From NCBI GenBank assembly GCA_031409655.1, contig JANNXQ010000244.1, forward strand, positions 1-22,526: DNA of 22,526 nucleotides. The letters are read 5' to 3'. Made by a program: the position numbers and the translations under genes. The notes under the pieces were generated by a model. That model was not told the DNA's origin. It made no database searches and saw only the letters and a program-made list of their open reading frames with translations. Source of the stretch: Chthoniobacteraceae bacterium. Its GTDB lineage: Bacteria > Verrucomicrobiota > Verrucomicrobiia > Chthoniobacterales > Chthoniobacteraceae. Shown here piece by piece: positions 1-7,370 of the stretch. Every line of letters begins with the position of its first letter. Position 1 is the stretch's first letter.

Positions 1-1623
1 GAGGCCACGCGGATCAATCCGCAGGCGGTCATCGCCGTCACGGATCGTGAGGGTTTTGTCCTCGGAGTGTGGGACATGCAGAGTCGGCTGCCCGATCCGC
101 TGCCGGCGAATCCGCTGATGCCGCCGTCCAACACGCGAATCCTCGGCCTGCTCGGAGGCGCGATCACACGAGCTGGCACGGCGGCATTTCTCAGCAGCAA
201 TGAGCAAGCCTTCACCTCCCGCACGGCGGGCTACATCATCCAGCAACATTTCCCCGTCGGCGTCCGCAACACTCCGCCAGGGCCGCTCGTCGGGGTGGGA
301 CTTTCGAGTCTCTTTTTTTCCGACATCAATCGGATGAAGCGAATCCCTGTCGGGTTCGATTTCCTCGACCTCCACGATCCGGCCGCGCCGCTCACGAACA
401 AGCGCATCTCCACTGGCGTGCGTGGAGAACCTGCGCCTTTTGGCTCGCTGAACGATTCACCCGGTGGAGTGCCGCTCTACAAAGAGGGACAGCTCGTCGG
501 CGGCATCGGCGTGACCGGCGATGGTGTGCCCACGGACCTGGCACCAGCGGCGGCGTTTTTTTTGCGGGAGACGCAACGCACCGTTTCCTCGGGTTTCGTG
601 GCGACGACGAAGCGCGACGCGGATGAAGAGGTGGCGCTCGCAGGGCAGACCGGGTTTCGTCCGTCGCGGGACATCATCGCGAGTAATGTGCTCATCGGTG
701 GGATCCGCATCCCCTACGTGCAGCCCCACATCGACGATGTGCATGACATCGAAGATGTCCCACCGCTCGAGAGCTTGCCGGGCTCGATGGTGGCCGGATT
801 TCCGATCCAGGCGCCACCGCTGCCGTACCCGTATCCGATTGTGAATCTTGGTGGGGTCGAGGGGGAGTTGCGCGCGGCGGTGGTCTTCGACCCCGCGCTC
901 GGACGCGATGTGATCCGCTGCATCGACGATCCGGTGTCGCGAATCCCGGGGCGCGAAAAGATCGGGAAGGCGAAGCGCCTGACGGCGGAGGAAGTGGAAA
1001 GCATTCTCGCCAAGGCGGCCCAGCGCGCGAGCATCACGAGGGCGGGCATTCGCCTGCCGATCGGAGTCTCGGCGAAAGTCTTCATCGCCGTGGTGAACAA
1101 TCCCCAGAAAAACGAAGAGCCACCCACCGTGCTGGGCACTTTTCGCACGGGTGAAGCCACCCTCTTCTCGTGGGATGTCGCCGTGCAGAAGGCCCGGACG
1201 GCGGTTTTTTTCTCGAATCGACAACTCGCGATGTCGGCCCGGGCCGTGGGCTTTCTCGCGCAGCGAAACTTTCCCCCGGGGCTCGACGGGCGTCCGCCCG
1301 GTCCGCTCTTCGGTTTTCAGGAAGCCGTCTCGCTCAAGCGCGATCCGGTGCTCAACCGGCGGCGTCCGGAGACCCTTGGGTTTCCGGGAAACCCGAATCT
1401 CCCCAATGGCCTCACCATCTTCCCCGGTGGCTTCCCGCTCTATCGCGACGGGCAACTCATCGGCGCCATCGGCATCTCTGGCGATGGGGTGGATCAGGAC
1501 GACATCATCGGCGCCAGTGGGTGCGAAGATTTCCTGCCCAATGCCCGCATCCGCGCGGACCGCTTCAGCTACCGTGGCGCCCGGCTTCCGTACACGAAAT
1601 TTCCGCGGGATCCGGAAAAGTAA
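1..1623 (+). CDS. Heme-binding protein with two GlcG/HbpS (DUF336)-like domains, 5'-truncated by the window edge
   Basis: Frame is open from base 1 (EATRINPQAVIAVTDREGFVLG...). Two copies of the family C-terminal motif: PGGVPLYKEGQLVGGIGVTGD and FPGGFPLYRDGQLIGAIGISGDGVDQDDII. The second domain also has LTAEEVESILAKAA, IAVVN and VAVQKARTA. Stop TAA at 1621-1623. Confidence 0.8.
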   Translation, partial: EATRINPQAVIAVTDREGFVLGVWDMQSRLPDPLPANPLMPPSNTRILGLLGGAITRAGTAAFLSSNEQAFTSRTAGYIIQQHFPVGVRNTPPGPLVGVGLSSLFFSDINRMKRIPVGFDFLDLHDPAAPLTNKRISTGVRGEPAPFGSLNDSPGGVPLYKEGQLVGGIGVTGDGVPTDLAPAAAFFLRETQRTVSSGFVATTKRDADEEVALAGQTGFRPSRDIIASNVLIGGIRIPYVQPHIDDVHDIEDVPPLESLPGSMVAGFPIQAPPLPYPYPIVNLGGVEGELRAAVVFDPALGRDVIRCIDDPVSRIPGREKIGKAKRLTAEEVESILAKAAQRASITRAGIRLPIGVSAKVFIAVVNNPQKNEEPPTVLGTFRTGEATLFSWDVAVQKARTAVFFSNRQLAMSARAVGFLAQRNFPPGLDGRPPGPLFGFQEAVSLKRDPVLNRRRPETLGFPGNPNLPNGLTIFPGGFPLYRDGQLIGAIGISGDGVDQDDIIGASGCEDFLPNARIRADRFSYRGARLPYTKFPRDPEK

Positions 1624-1652
1624 AATCCGGCACCCCGGGGAAAACTTCGGCC

Positions 1653-2783
1653 TTACGATTTAGGGAGCGCCGCGCGCAAATCCTTGAGCGCATCGGCAAA
1701 CGACTCCGGGTCGAAACTTTCGCCTTCTCGGGAGCGGCGGAGAATCCCTTGAAGCAAAGTGTCAAACGTGTCCGGATCATTGACGCCCACCTTCTTTCCA
1801 GCCTGCCGAAGGCTGGAGATCGCCGGCGCGAGGACTTCAGCACGGCGACTGAGCAGGGCCGCATCCCCGGTCTTCGCCTGGCGAAACTCGGCTTCGAGCG
1901 AGAGGTAGTTTTCCAACAGCTTGGTCACATCGTCATTCGTCCAGGTGGCTCGGGCGGCCGTCCGCGCCAAGTCATCAGCGGCGGATTTCATCGACGAAAA
2001 ACCCTCAGTTTCCGGCAAGGCTTTCCGTCCCGCATCCGTTTTCCGGAGCAGCCAGACGAGCGCCTTCCAGCGGAGCACGAGAGGTTCATCGCGCTGGCCC
2101 TCAAGTTTCCAACTGATCTCCCGCAGAGCCACGGCCTGTCCCGTCATCCAGGAGCGCGGGCCGATCGCCGGGCGCGCATCGAGGTAGTGCGGAGGTTGCG
2201 CGTGGGCCTGCGCATCCAGCTCGAAGTACAACTCGGGATGACCGGCATCGGAGATGGCACGGTCGATATTCAGATGGCAGGCGACGCAAGTGTTCGCCCG
2301 CCCATAGAGGTCGTTCAGGTTGCGCAGGCCGACCTCGACCATCTGCTGGAAGGTGACGTCGGAGCGGGTGTGAAAACGCAACCAAGGCTCGGCCGGACCA
2401 TGGCACGCCTCGCACCCGACGGAATTGTCGGGGATAAGATCCTTGACGAGGCGGTCCGGCGGCACGGTGTGCATCGGCGCGTGGCAGGAGGTGCACTGCG
2501 CGGCCTTCCGCGGATCGCCGGTGATCTGCAGGGCCTCGGCGATGCGCAGCGACGTGCCTTTCCCGAGGATGCCAAGAGCAATCGCGTGACGGTCCTTTCG
2601 TCCATAGATGATCGCCTCGTTTCGATTCGTTCCGCCGCCATGGCAACTCGTCGAAGCACACGATTGCGAACCGGTGAACTTTGGGTTCAAGACCTTCGGG
2701 ACCTCTGCGGCTGTCGAATCCAGCGCCAGCATGGAGGACAAGAGTCCCGCGGCAAGGGAGCCAGGAATCTGCAGTCGCGTCAT
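1653..2783 (-). CDS. Secreted multiheme c-type cytochrome (c554-like; 3 CxxCH plus 1 CX4CH) with helical C-terminal domain
   Basis: Signal peptide (MTRLQIPGSLAAGLLSSMLALDSTAA). Motifs CASTSCH, CTSCH, VGCEACHGP, CVACH, followed by AGHPELYFELD. Confidence 0.85.
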   Translation of the reverse strand: MTRLQIPGSLAAGLLSSMLALDSTAAEVPKVLNPKFTGSQSCASTSCHGGGTNRNEAIIYGRKDRHAIALGILGKGTSLRIAEALQITGDPRKAAQCTSCHAPMHTVPPDRLVKDLIPDNSVGCEACHGPAEPWLRFHTRSDVTFQQMVEVGLRNLNDLYGRANTCVACHLNIDRAISDAGHPELYFELDAQAHAQPPHYLDARPAIGPRSWMTGQAVALREISWKLEGQRDEPLVLRWKALVWLLRKTDAGRKALPETEGFSSMKSAADDLARTAARATWTNDDVTKLLENYLSLEAEFRQAKTGDAALLSRRAEVLAPAISSLRQAGKKVGVNDPDTFDTLLQGILRRSREGESFDPESFADALKDLRAALPKS

Positions 2784-3032
2784 GACACCAAGGATTCATT
2801 CCCGCCGACTTTTTGTCCATCCCGGAAAAGGGCGAGCGTCGCTTCATCTTCTGTCCGATTGATCAACTATCCGTGGAAAGCGGAATTCCGCGCTTGGTTC
2901 TGGGTCTCCCGTCGGTCTAAGGTTCGGCCGAGAATCATTTATGGATTTGCATCCGATAACTCTGATCAACGGGTTCCTTTTAGGGGCGATGGGGTTTGCG
3001 TATGGCGCTCACTCTGGGCCGCTACCTGTGCT

Positions 3033-4007
3033 ATGAGGATCGATCGCGGTCATCTCCCCTGGCTGATTTTTGTCCTCCTCGCGACACTTGGAGCGGCCTG
3101 CCTTTACGTCGCCAATTTTCATCCGCAGCAATTGCCAGGTTGGGTCGGTCTTCCAAAGTTTTTCGGACCCGTCCCGCCGGTTCGCCGTTCCATCGGGGGG
3201 ACGCCGTTGGGGCTCATCTTTGGCACTACGGCCTTCCTCATCTTCATCTTTGCTTCGGCGCTCGGGGTGAGAAAGAAGCGACGGCTGTGGCCCATGGGGC
3301 GGGTCGAGTTGTGGTTGAAGGCGCACCTCTGGCTCACGGTTTTCACGCTCCCATTGGTTTTGTTTCACAGTGGATTCCGAGCCGGAGGGTCGCACACCCA
3401 GTGGTTGCTCATCCTTTATGGTACGGTCATGGCGAGCGGATTTTTCGGCGCCGTCCTCCAGCACTTTATGCCGCGGATGATCAAGGAGCGGCTGCGTCGG
3501 GAGGTCGTGTTTGAAGAAATTCCGCACCTTAAAAAAGTCCTCCTGAAGTCCACTCAGACACTCCGGGACGAGATGGAGGAATTTGCGGCTGGACCGTCCG
3601 AGTCGTCGCGATCGGGTGGTCTGGCGATCGCTGGAGGCACTCGATCGACGGTGGTGACGGCGAGCGCGGCCGACCGCGAATCTGCGCAGGTCATCATCCG
3701 CTTTCTCGACGACCAATGCCTGCCTTACCTCGCGGCTGCGCGCACCGCTCGACATCGGCTGGGCGACGGGGCGTCTGCCATGGAGACCTTCCGCATGCTG
3801 CGCCTGAGCGTCGCCGAGCGCTGGCGAGCGCAAGTCGAGACTTTGGAGCGGCGTTGCGAAGAGCGCCGCCTGATGGATCTGCAGACGAAGTTACAACACT
3901 GGCTCCACGGCTGGCTCCTCATCCACGTACCCACGTCGTTTGCCTTGCTCATTTTTACCGCCTGGCATGCCTGGGTCGCGATTCGATTTCTGGGGTTCTT
4001 GCAATGA
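3033..4007 (+). CDS. Integral membrane protein, predicted ferric-reductase-like di-heme cytochrome b
   Basis: ATG at 3033 (MRIDRGHLPW) within the 1170..4007 ORF. About 5 hydrophobic helices. Two helices carry His pairs 14 residues apart (H98/H112 in WLKAHLWL...LFHSG; H298/H312 in WLLIHVP...AWH). Lies 9 bp upstream of a multiheme cytochrome gene. Confidence 0.75.
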   Translation: MRIDRGHLPWLIFVLLATLGAACLYVANFHPQQLPGWVGLPKFFGPVPPVRRSIGGTPLGLIFGTTAFLIFIFASALGVRKKRRLWPMGRVELWLKAHLWLTVFTLPLVLFHSGFRAGGSHTQWLLILYGTVMASGFFGAVLQHFMPRMIKERLRREVVFEEIPHLKKVLLKSTQTLRDEMEEFAAGPSESSRSGGLAIAGGTRSTVVTASAADRESAQVIIRFLDDQCLPYLAAARTARHRLGDGASAMETFRMLRLSVAERWRAQVETLERRCEERRLMDLQTKLQHWLHGWLLIHVPTSFALLIFTAWHAWVAIRFLGFLQ

Positions 4008-4016
4008 TTTGCGGCC

Positions 4017-5528
4017 ATGGCTGAGGACCCCCCATCGCAGAAAAGAGTCTCGGGAAAGTATCAGGACAACCTTGGTTATTTCAGACGCCCGCACTATCTT
4101 CGCCGACTCCGGCTCTGGGCATTTGTCGGCGTCGTGATTTTCGCGGTCCTGGCAGTGGCTGGCTTCCGCTACTGGGGAAAGGATGAAGTCTTTAGCCCGG
4201 GTCCGATCTCCGCCAATCACGCCCACCTTGCGCAGGACTGCCGAGCCTGCCATGAGGGAGTCGAGACCAGTGTCTTCGCCGGCCTCCCTTCGGAGCCTGG
4301 TCGGGTTGGCTCCGCCGCGTTCGGCCATTCCTCACTCGCCAGTCTGGACGCCGCTTGCCTGCGGTGCCATCCGTCGATGGATTTGCACCTCCCGCAAGCG
4401 AGCCGCCTCGACATGCACGCGGTATCCTCCGCGCTTGCCGTCGTGCATGCCACCGGCTGCGCCACTTGCCATCGCGAGCACGTCGGCCAGGAGCGCATCG
4501 CGCTGCCAGATCGTCAGTCCTGCATCGACTGTCACAATAGCGCGGAGAAACTTCGACTTAGCCCGAAGCGGGTCGAACTGAGTCACAAAGCCATCGCTAA
4601 CACGGGGGAGAATCGGGACCTTGGTGATGGACTGATGCGGTTCCTGGCGCCGTCCCGAGCCGTGGGTGCGCTTCAGCCTTTTTCCACTTATGCCGACGGT
4701 CATCCTCCATTTGCCTACGAGGATCCGGCGCGGCGCGACCCAGCGCAACTTTCTTTCAATCACGCCCGGCATTTGCGCGACGACCTTCCCAAGGTGCAAG
4801 GACACAAGCTCGATTGTGCGGATTGCCACCAGCCCGGACCCGGCGGCATTTACTATCAGCCGGTGCAGTACGAAACGCACTGTCAGCAATGTCATTCGCT
4901 GCAAATCCATCCGGACCTGCCAAACCTACTGGTGCCTCACGGCGACCCGGAGAAGACCCGCTATTTTCTCGGCAGCCTGAAAACGACCCTCGATCCCGGG
5001 CAATTTAAGGCTTTGAAAGACCGCGGCCTGGAGACCCTGTCCGAATTTGAAAGGCGCATTTATTTCGAGGGCGACCCTCCAGTGGGGAAGGGGCTCAACT
5101 CCTCCCGTCCTGGCGTCCGGAAATTCCTCACCGAATGCGCCAAGTGCCACACGGTGAAACCTGGCGAAAACGGATCTTTTCCCATAGTCGATGCTCCGAG
5201 AATTGCCGACCGCTGGGTGCAACACGGCCCCTTCACCCACCTCCCACATCAGCACGTGGCCTGTGTCGATTGCCACGCCAAGGCGCTCAGCAGTAAAGAC
5301 ACGAAAGACATCCTGCTTCCCGCGCAGACGCTTTGCGTCGAGTGCCATCGCCCGGTGGCCACGGGCGCAGTTGCCGAATCCGATTTAGTCAGCCAACTGC
5401 CTGTCTCGATCGACTCCAACAGTCTGGCCGCCCGGCAGGCGAAAAACGGCGGAGTCAAATCCGACTGCCAGGGCTGCCACGCCTTCCATGCACCCTCCGA
5501 CGCGGGGCGGATTCTGGAAGCAAAGTAG
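4017..5528 (+). CDS. Membrane-anchored decaheme c-type cytochrome (cytochrome c3-like family)
   Basis: Ten CxxCH motifs: CRACH, CLRCH, CATCH, CIDCH, CADCH, CQQCH, CAKCH, CVDCH, CVECH, CQGCH. Basic N-terminus plus one TM helix (LWAFVGVVIFAVLAVAGF). c3-type distal His motifs SPGPISANH, FNHARH, FTHLPH. Confidence 0.9.
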   Translation: MAEDPPSQKRVSGKYQDNLGYFRRPHYLRRLRLWAFVGVVIFAVLAVAGFRYWGKDEVFSPGPISANHAHLAQDCRACHEGVETSVFAGLPSEPGRVGSAAFGHSSLASLDAACLRCHPSMDLHLPQASRLDMHAVSSALAVVHATGCATCHREHVGQERIALPDRQSCIDCHNSAEKLRLSPKRVELSHKAIANTGENRDLGDGLMRFLAPSRAVGALQPFSTYADGHPPFAYEDPARRDPAQLSFNHARHLRDDLPKVQGHKLDCADCHQPGPGGIYYQPVQYETHCQQCHSLQIHPDLPNLLVPHGDPEKTRYFLGSLKTTLDPGQFKALKDRGLETLSEFERRIYFEGDPPVGKGLNSSRPGVRKFLTECAKCHTVKPGENGSFPIVDAPRIADRWVQHGPFTHLPHQHVACVDCHAKALSSKDTKDILLPAQTLCVECHRPVATGAVAESDLVSQLPVSIDSNSLAARQAKNGGVKSDCQGCHAFHAPSDAGRILEAK

Positions 5529-5558
5529 CAACTCGAAAAGACCTGGCCAGAGAACAAC

Positions 5559-5581
5559 GAAGCGCTGGCCTTCGGCGCTTC
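5559..5581. terminator. Hairpin between convergent genes, possible terminator
   Basis: GAAGCGCTG-gcctt-CGGCGCTTC (9-bp stem with one G:U) between the convergent stops at 5528 and 5613. No immediate U tract. Confidence 0.3.
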
Positions 5582-5612
5582 CGCTCACCGCATTTTCCAA
5601 AAAATGGGGCTT

Positions 5613-6920
5613 TTAAGCCCGCCCCGCGGCGACTGCGGTCGCGTCCAGGCGGGCGATTTCCATGCCGACGAGACAGACGTCGTCCACGAAGGGGCGCCCG
5701 TCGGCAAATTCTTGGATCTCGGCGAAAACGTCGTCCATGAGTTGTGCGGTCGGCAGGCCCGCGCGCTGGCGGACGGATTCGCGCAGGCGGCCTTCGCTGA
5801 AGGTTTCATCGTTCGCATTCTCCACTTCGAAGAGGCCGTCGGTGAAAAAGAGGATCAGGTCCTCGGCAGCCACCGGGCGTTCGTGGGTGTGATACTCGGC
5901 GTGGTCGAAGAGCCCGAGGGCCGGGCTCGAAGCGGATGGCACCAGGATCGGTGCCACCCCTCGGGTGGCCGGGCGGACGAGCAGCGGACTCGGGTGGCCC
6001 GCGCTGGCAAAACGAATCTGCGAAGTGGCGATGTCCACCACCAGAAAGCACGCGGTGGCGAAAAGGCCGCTGCCGGTGTTGCCGAAAATTCCGCGCAAGG
6101 CGCGGTTGATCTCCGTCAGCAAGCGACCGGGATCGGTCGCGACCTCACCGAGTTGCTCCTCCAGGGCACGCATCATCGCGGTGACCAGCGCGGCGCGGAC
6201 GCCATGCCCCATGACGTCGCAGATGAAGACGCCGACGGCGGTATCGGAGACGCGGACGACATTGAAGAAATCGCCGCTCATCGAACTCGTGGGGCGAAAC
6301 AGGCTGCAAAACCGGACGGCGCTCGCGGCTTGCGACACGCCGCGCGGCAGGGTCGGGAAATTCTGGGGCAAGAGCGCGATCTGAAGTTCCCGAGCCATCT
6401 CGAGGTCTTCCTCCATGATCGCGTTTTTCTGACGCAGCTCCTGAGTGCGGTCGGCGACTCGCTGTTCAAGTTCTTGATTGAGCGCGAGCAGGTCGGCCTC
6501 GGCCTGACGGCGGGCCTTGCGCTCCTCGACTTCCCGCAGCGCTCGGAAGACCGCAGGCACCAGACGACCGAGCCGATCCTTCAGGACGAAATCGGTCGCG
6601 CCGCCCTTCATCAGTTCCACCGCCGTCTCCTCGCCCACGGCACCCGAGATGACGATCACCGGAACCTCCGGGCAGCGCTCCGCGGCAATCGCCAGAGCTT
6701 CGGCCCCGTTGAAGGCGGGCAGCTTGTAGTCCGCGAGGATGATCTCGGGTTGAAACTCGATGATCGCCTGCTCGAATTCGCTGCGGGTTTGCGCGCGCTC
6801 CGAGAGGAAGTGAATCCCGCCCTGCCGGAGTTCGCGCGTGATTATTTCGGCATCAAGGTCAGAGTCCTCGAGCGAGAGGATGCGGAGCCGTTTGGCGGTC
6901 GGTGTGGATGTCGTTTTCAT
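5613..6920 (-). CDS. Response regulator with PP2C/SpoIIE (RsbU-like) phosphatase output domain
   Basis: REC domain (LEDSDLD, IILADYKLP, FVLKD), coiled coil (LNQELEQRVADRTQEL), PP2C motifs GDFF, CDVMGHG, ASAGHP, FTDGLFE, DDVC. Purine-rich RBS GGGAAGGAA directly before ATG. Confidence 0.92.
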   Translation of the reverse strand: MKTTSTPTAKRLRILSLEDSDLDAEIITRELRQGGIHFLSERAQTRSEFEQAIIEFQPEIILADYKLPAFNGAEALAIAAERCPEVPVIVISGAVGEETAVELMKGGATDFVLKDRLGRLVPAVFRALREVEERKARRQAEADLLALNQELEQRVADRTQELRQKNAIMEEDLEMARELQIALLPQNFPTLPRGVSQAASAVRFCSLFRPTSSMSGDFFNVVRVSDTAVGVFICDVMGHGVRAALVTAMMRALEEQLGEVATDPGRLLTEINRALRGIFGNTGSGLFATACFLVVDIATSQIRFASAGHPSPLLVRPATRGVAPILVPSASSPALGLFDHAEYHTHERPVAAEDLILFFTDGLFEVENANDETFSEGRLRESVRQRAGLPTAQLMDDVFAEIQEFADGRPFVDDVCLVGMEIARLDATAVAAGRA

Positions 6921-6929
6921 TTCCTTCCC

Positions 6930-7370
6930 TCAGGTGGGAGCCTCGTTAAGTAACAGCCAATAGAGGCCCAGATTGCAAACCGCTTCGGAAAAGTTTTCAA
7001 ACCCGACCGGCTTCACGATGTAGCTGTTCGCCCCGAGCTTATAGGCCTCAAAGACGTCCCGATCCTCGCGAGAGGACGTGAGGACCACCACCGGAGTCAG
7101 CTTGGTGCGGGCGTCGGCTCGGAGGGCGCGCAGGACTTCGATCCCGTCCACCTTGGGCAGCTTCAAGTCGAGGAGCACGACCTTGGGTTGCAGGCTGACG
7201 TCGCGTCCCTCGTAAGCACCGGTGCCCAAGAGAAAATCGAGCGCGGCCTGCCCGTCCTCCACATGGATGAGTTGATTGGCGAGGTTGCGATTCTTGAGGG
7301 AGCGGATCGCCAGTTCCGCATCGCTGGCGTTGTCCTCGACGAGGAGAATTTCCACAGGGTTTGTCTTCAT
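6930..7370 (-). CDS. Single-domain response regulator (Rcp1-like receiver)
   Basis: ILLVEDN, VLLDLKLPKVDG, VLTSSRED, GANSYIVKPV. ATG overlaps the kinase stop (ATGA at 7367-7370). Confidence 0.95.
   Translation of the reverse strand: MKTNPVEILLVEDNASDAELAIRSLKNRNLANQLIHVEDGQAALDFLLGTGAYEGRDVSLQPKVVLLDLKLPKVDGIEVLRALRADARTKLTPVVVLTSSREDRDVFEAYKLGANSYIVKPVGFENFSEAVCNLGLYWLLLNEAPT

Noticed and set aside
2859..2872. Canonical FNR box
   Set aside because: TTGAT and ATCAA overlap (TTGATCAA) instead of being separated by 4 nt.
1170..3032. N-terminal 621 aa of the 945-aa ORF 1170..4007
   Set aside because: It overlaps the heme-binding gene out of frame and is antisense to the tetraheme cytochrome. 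Protein-like sequence begins only at ATG 3033.
4017..5528. Calling the decaheme mtrA/dmsE
   Set aside because: Heme spacing is irregular, it has a signal anchor, and no MtrB-like porin is adjacent. Heme count alone is not diagnostic.
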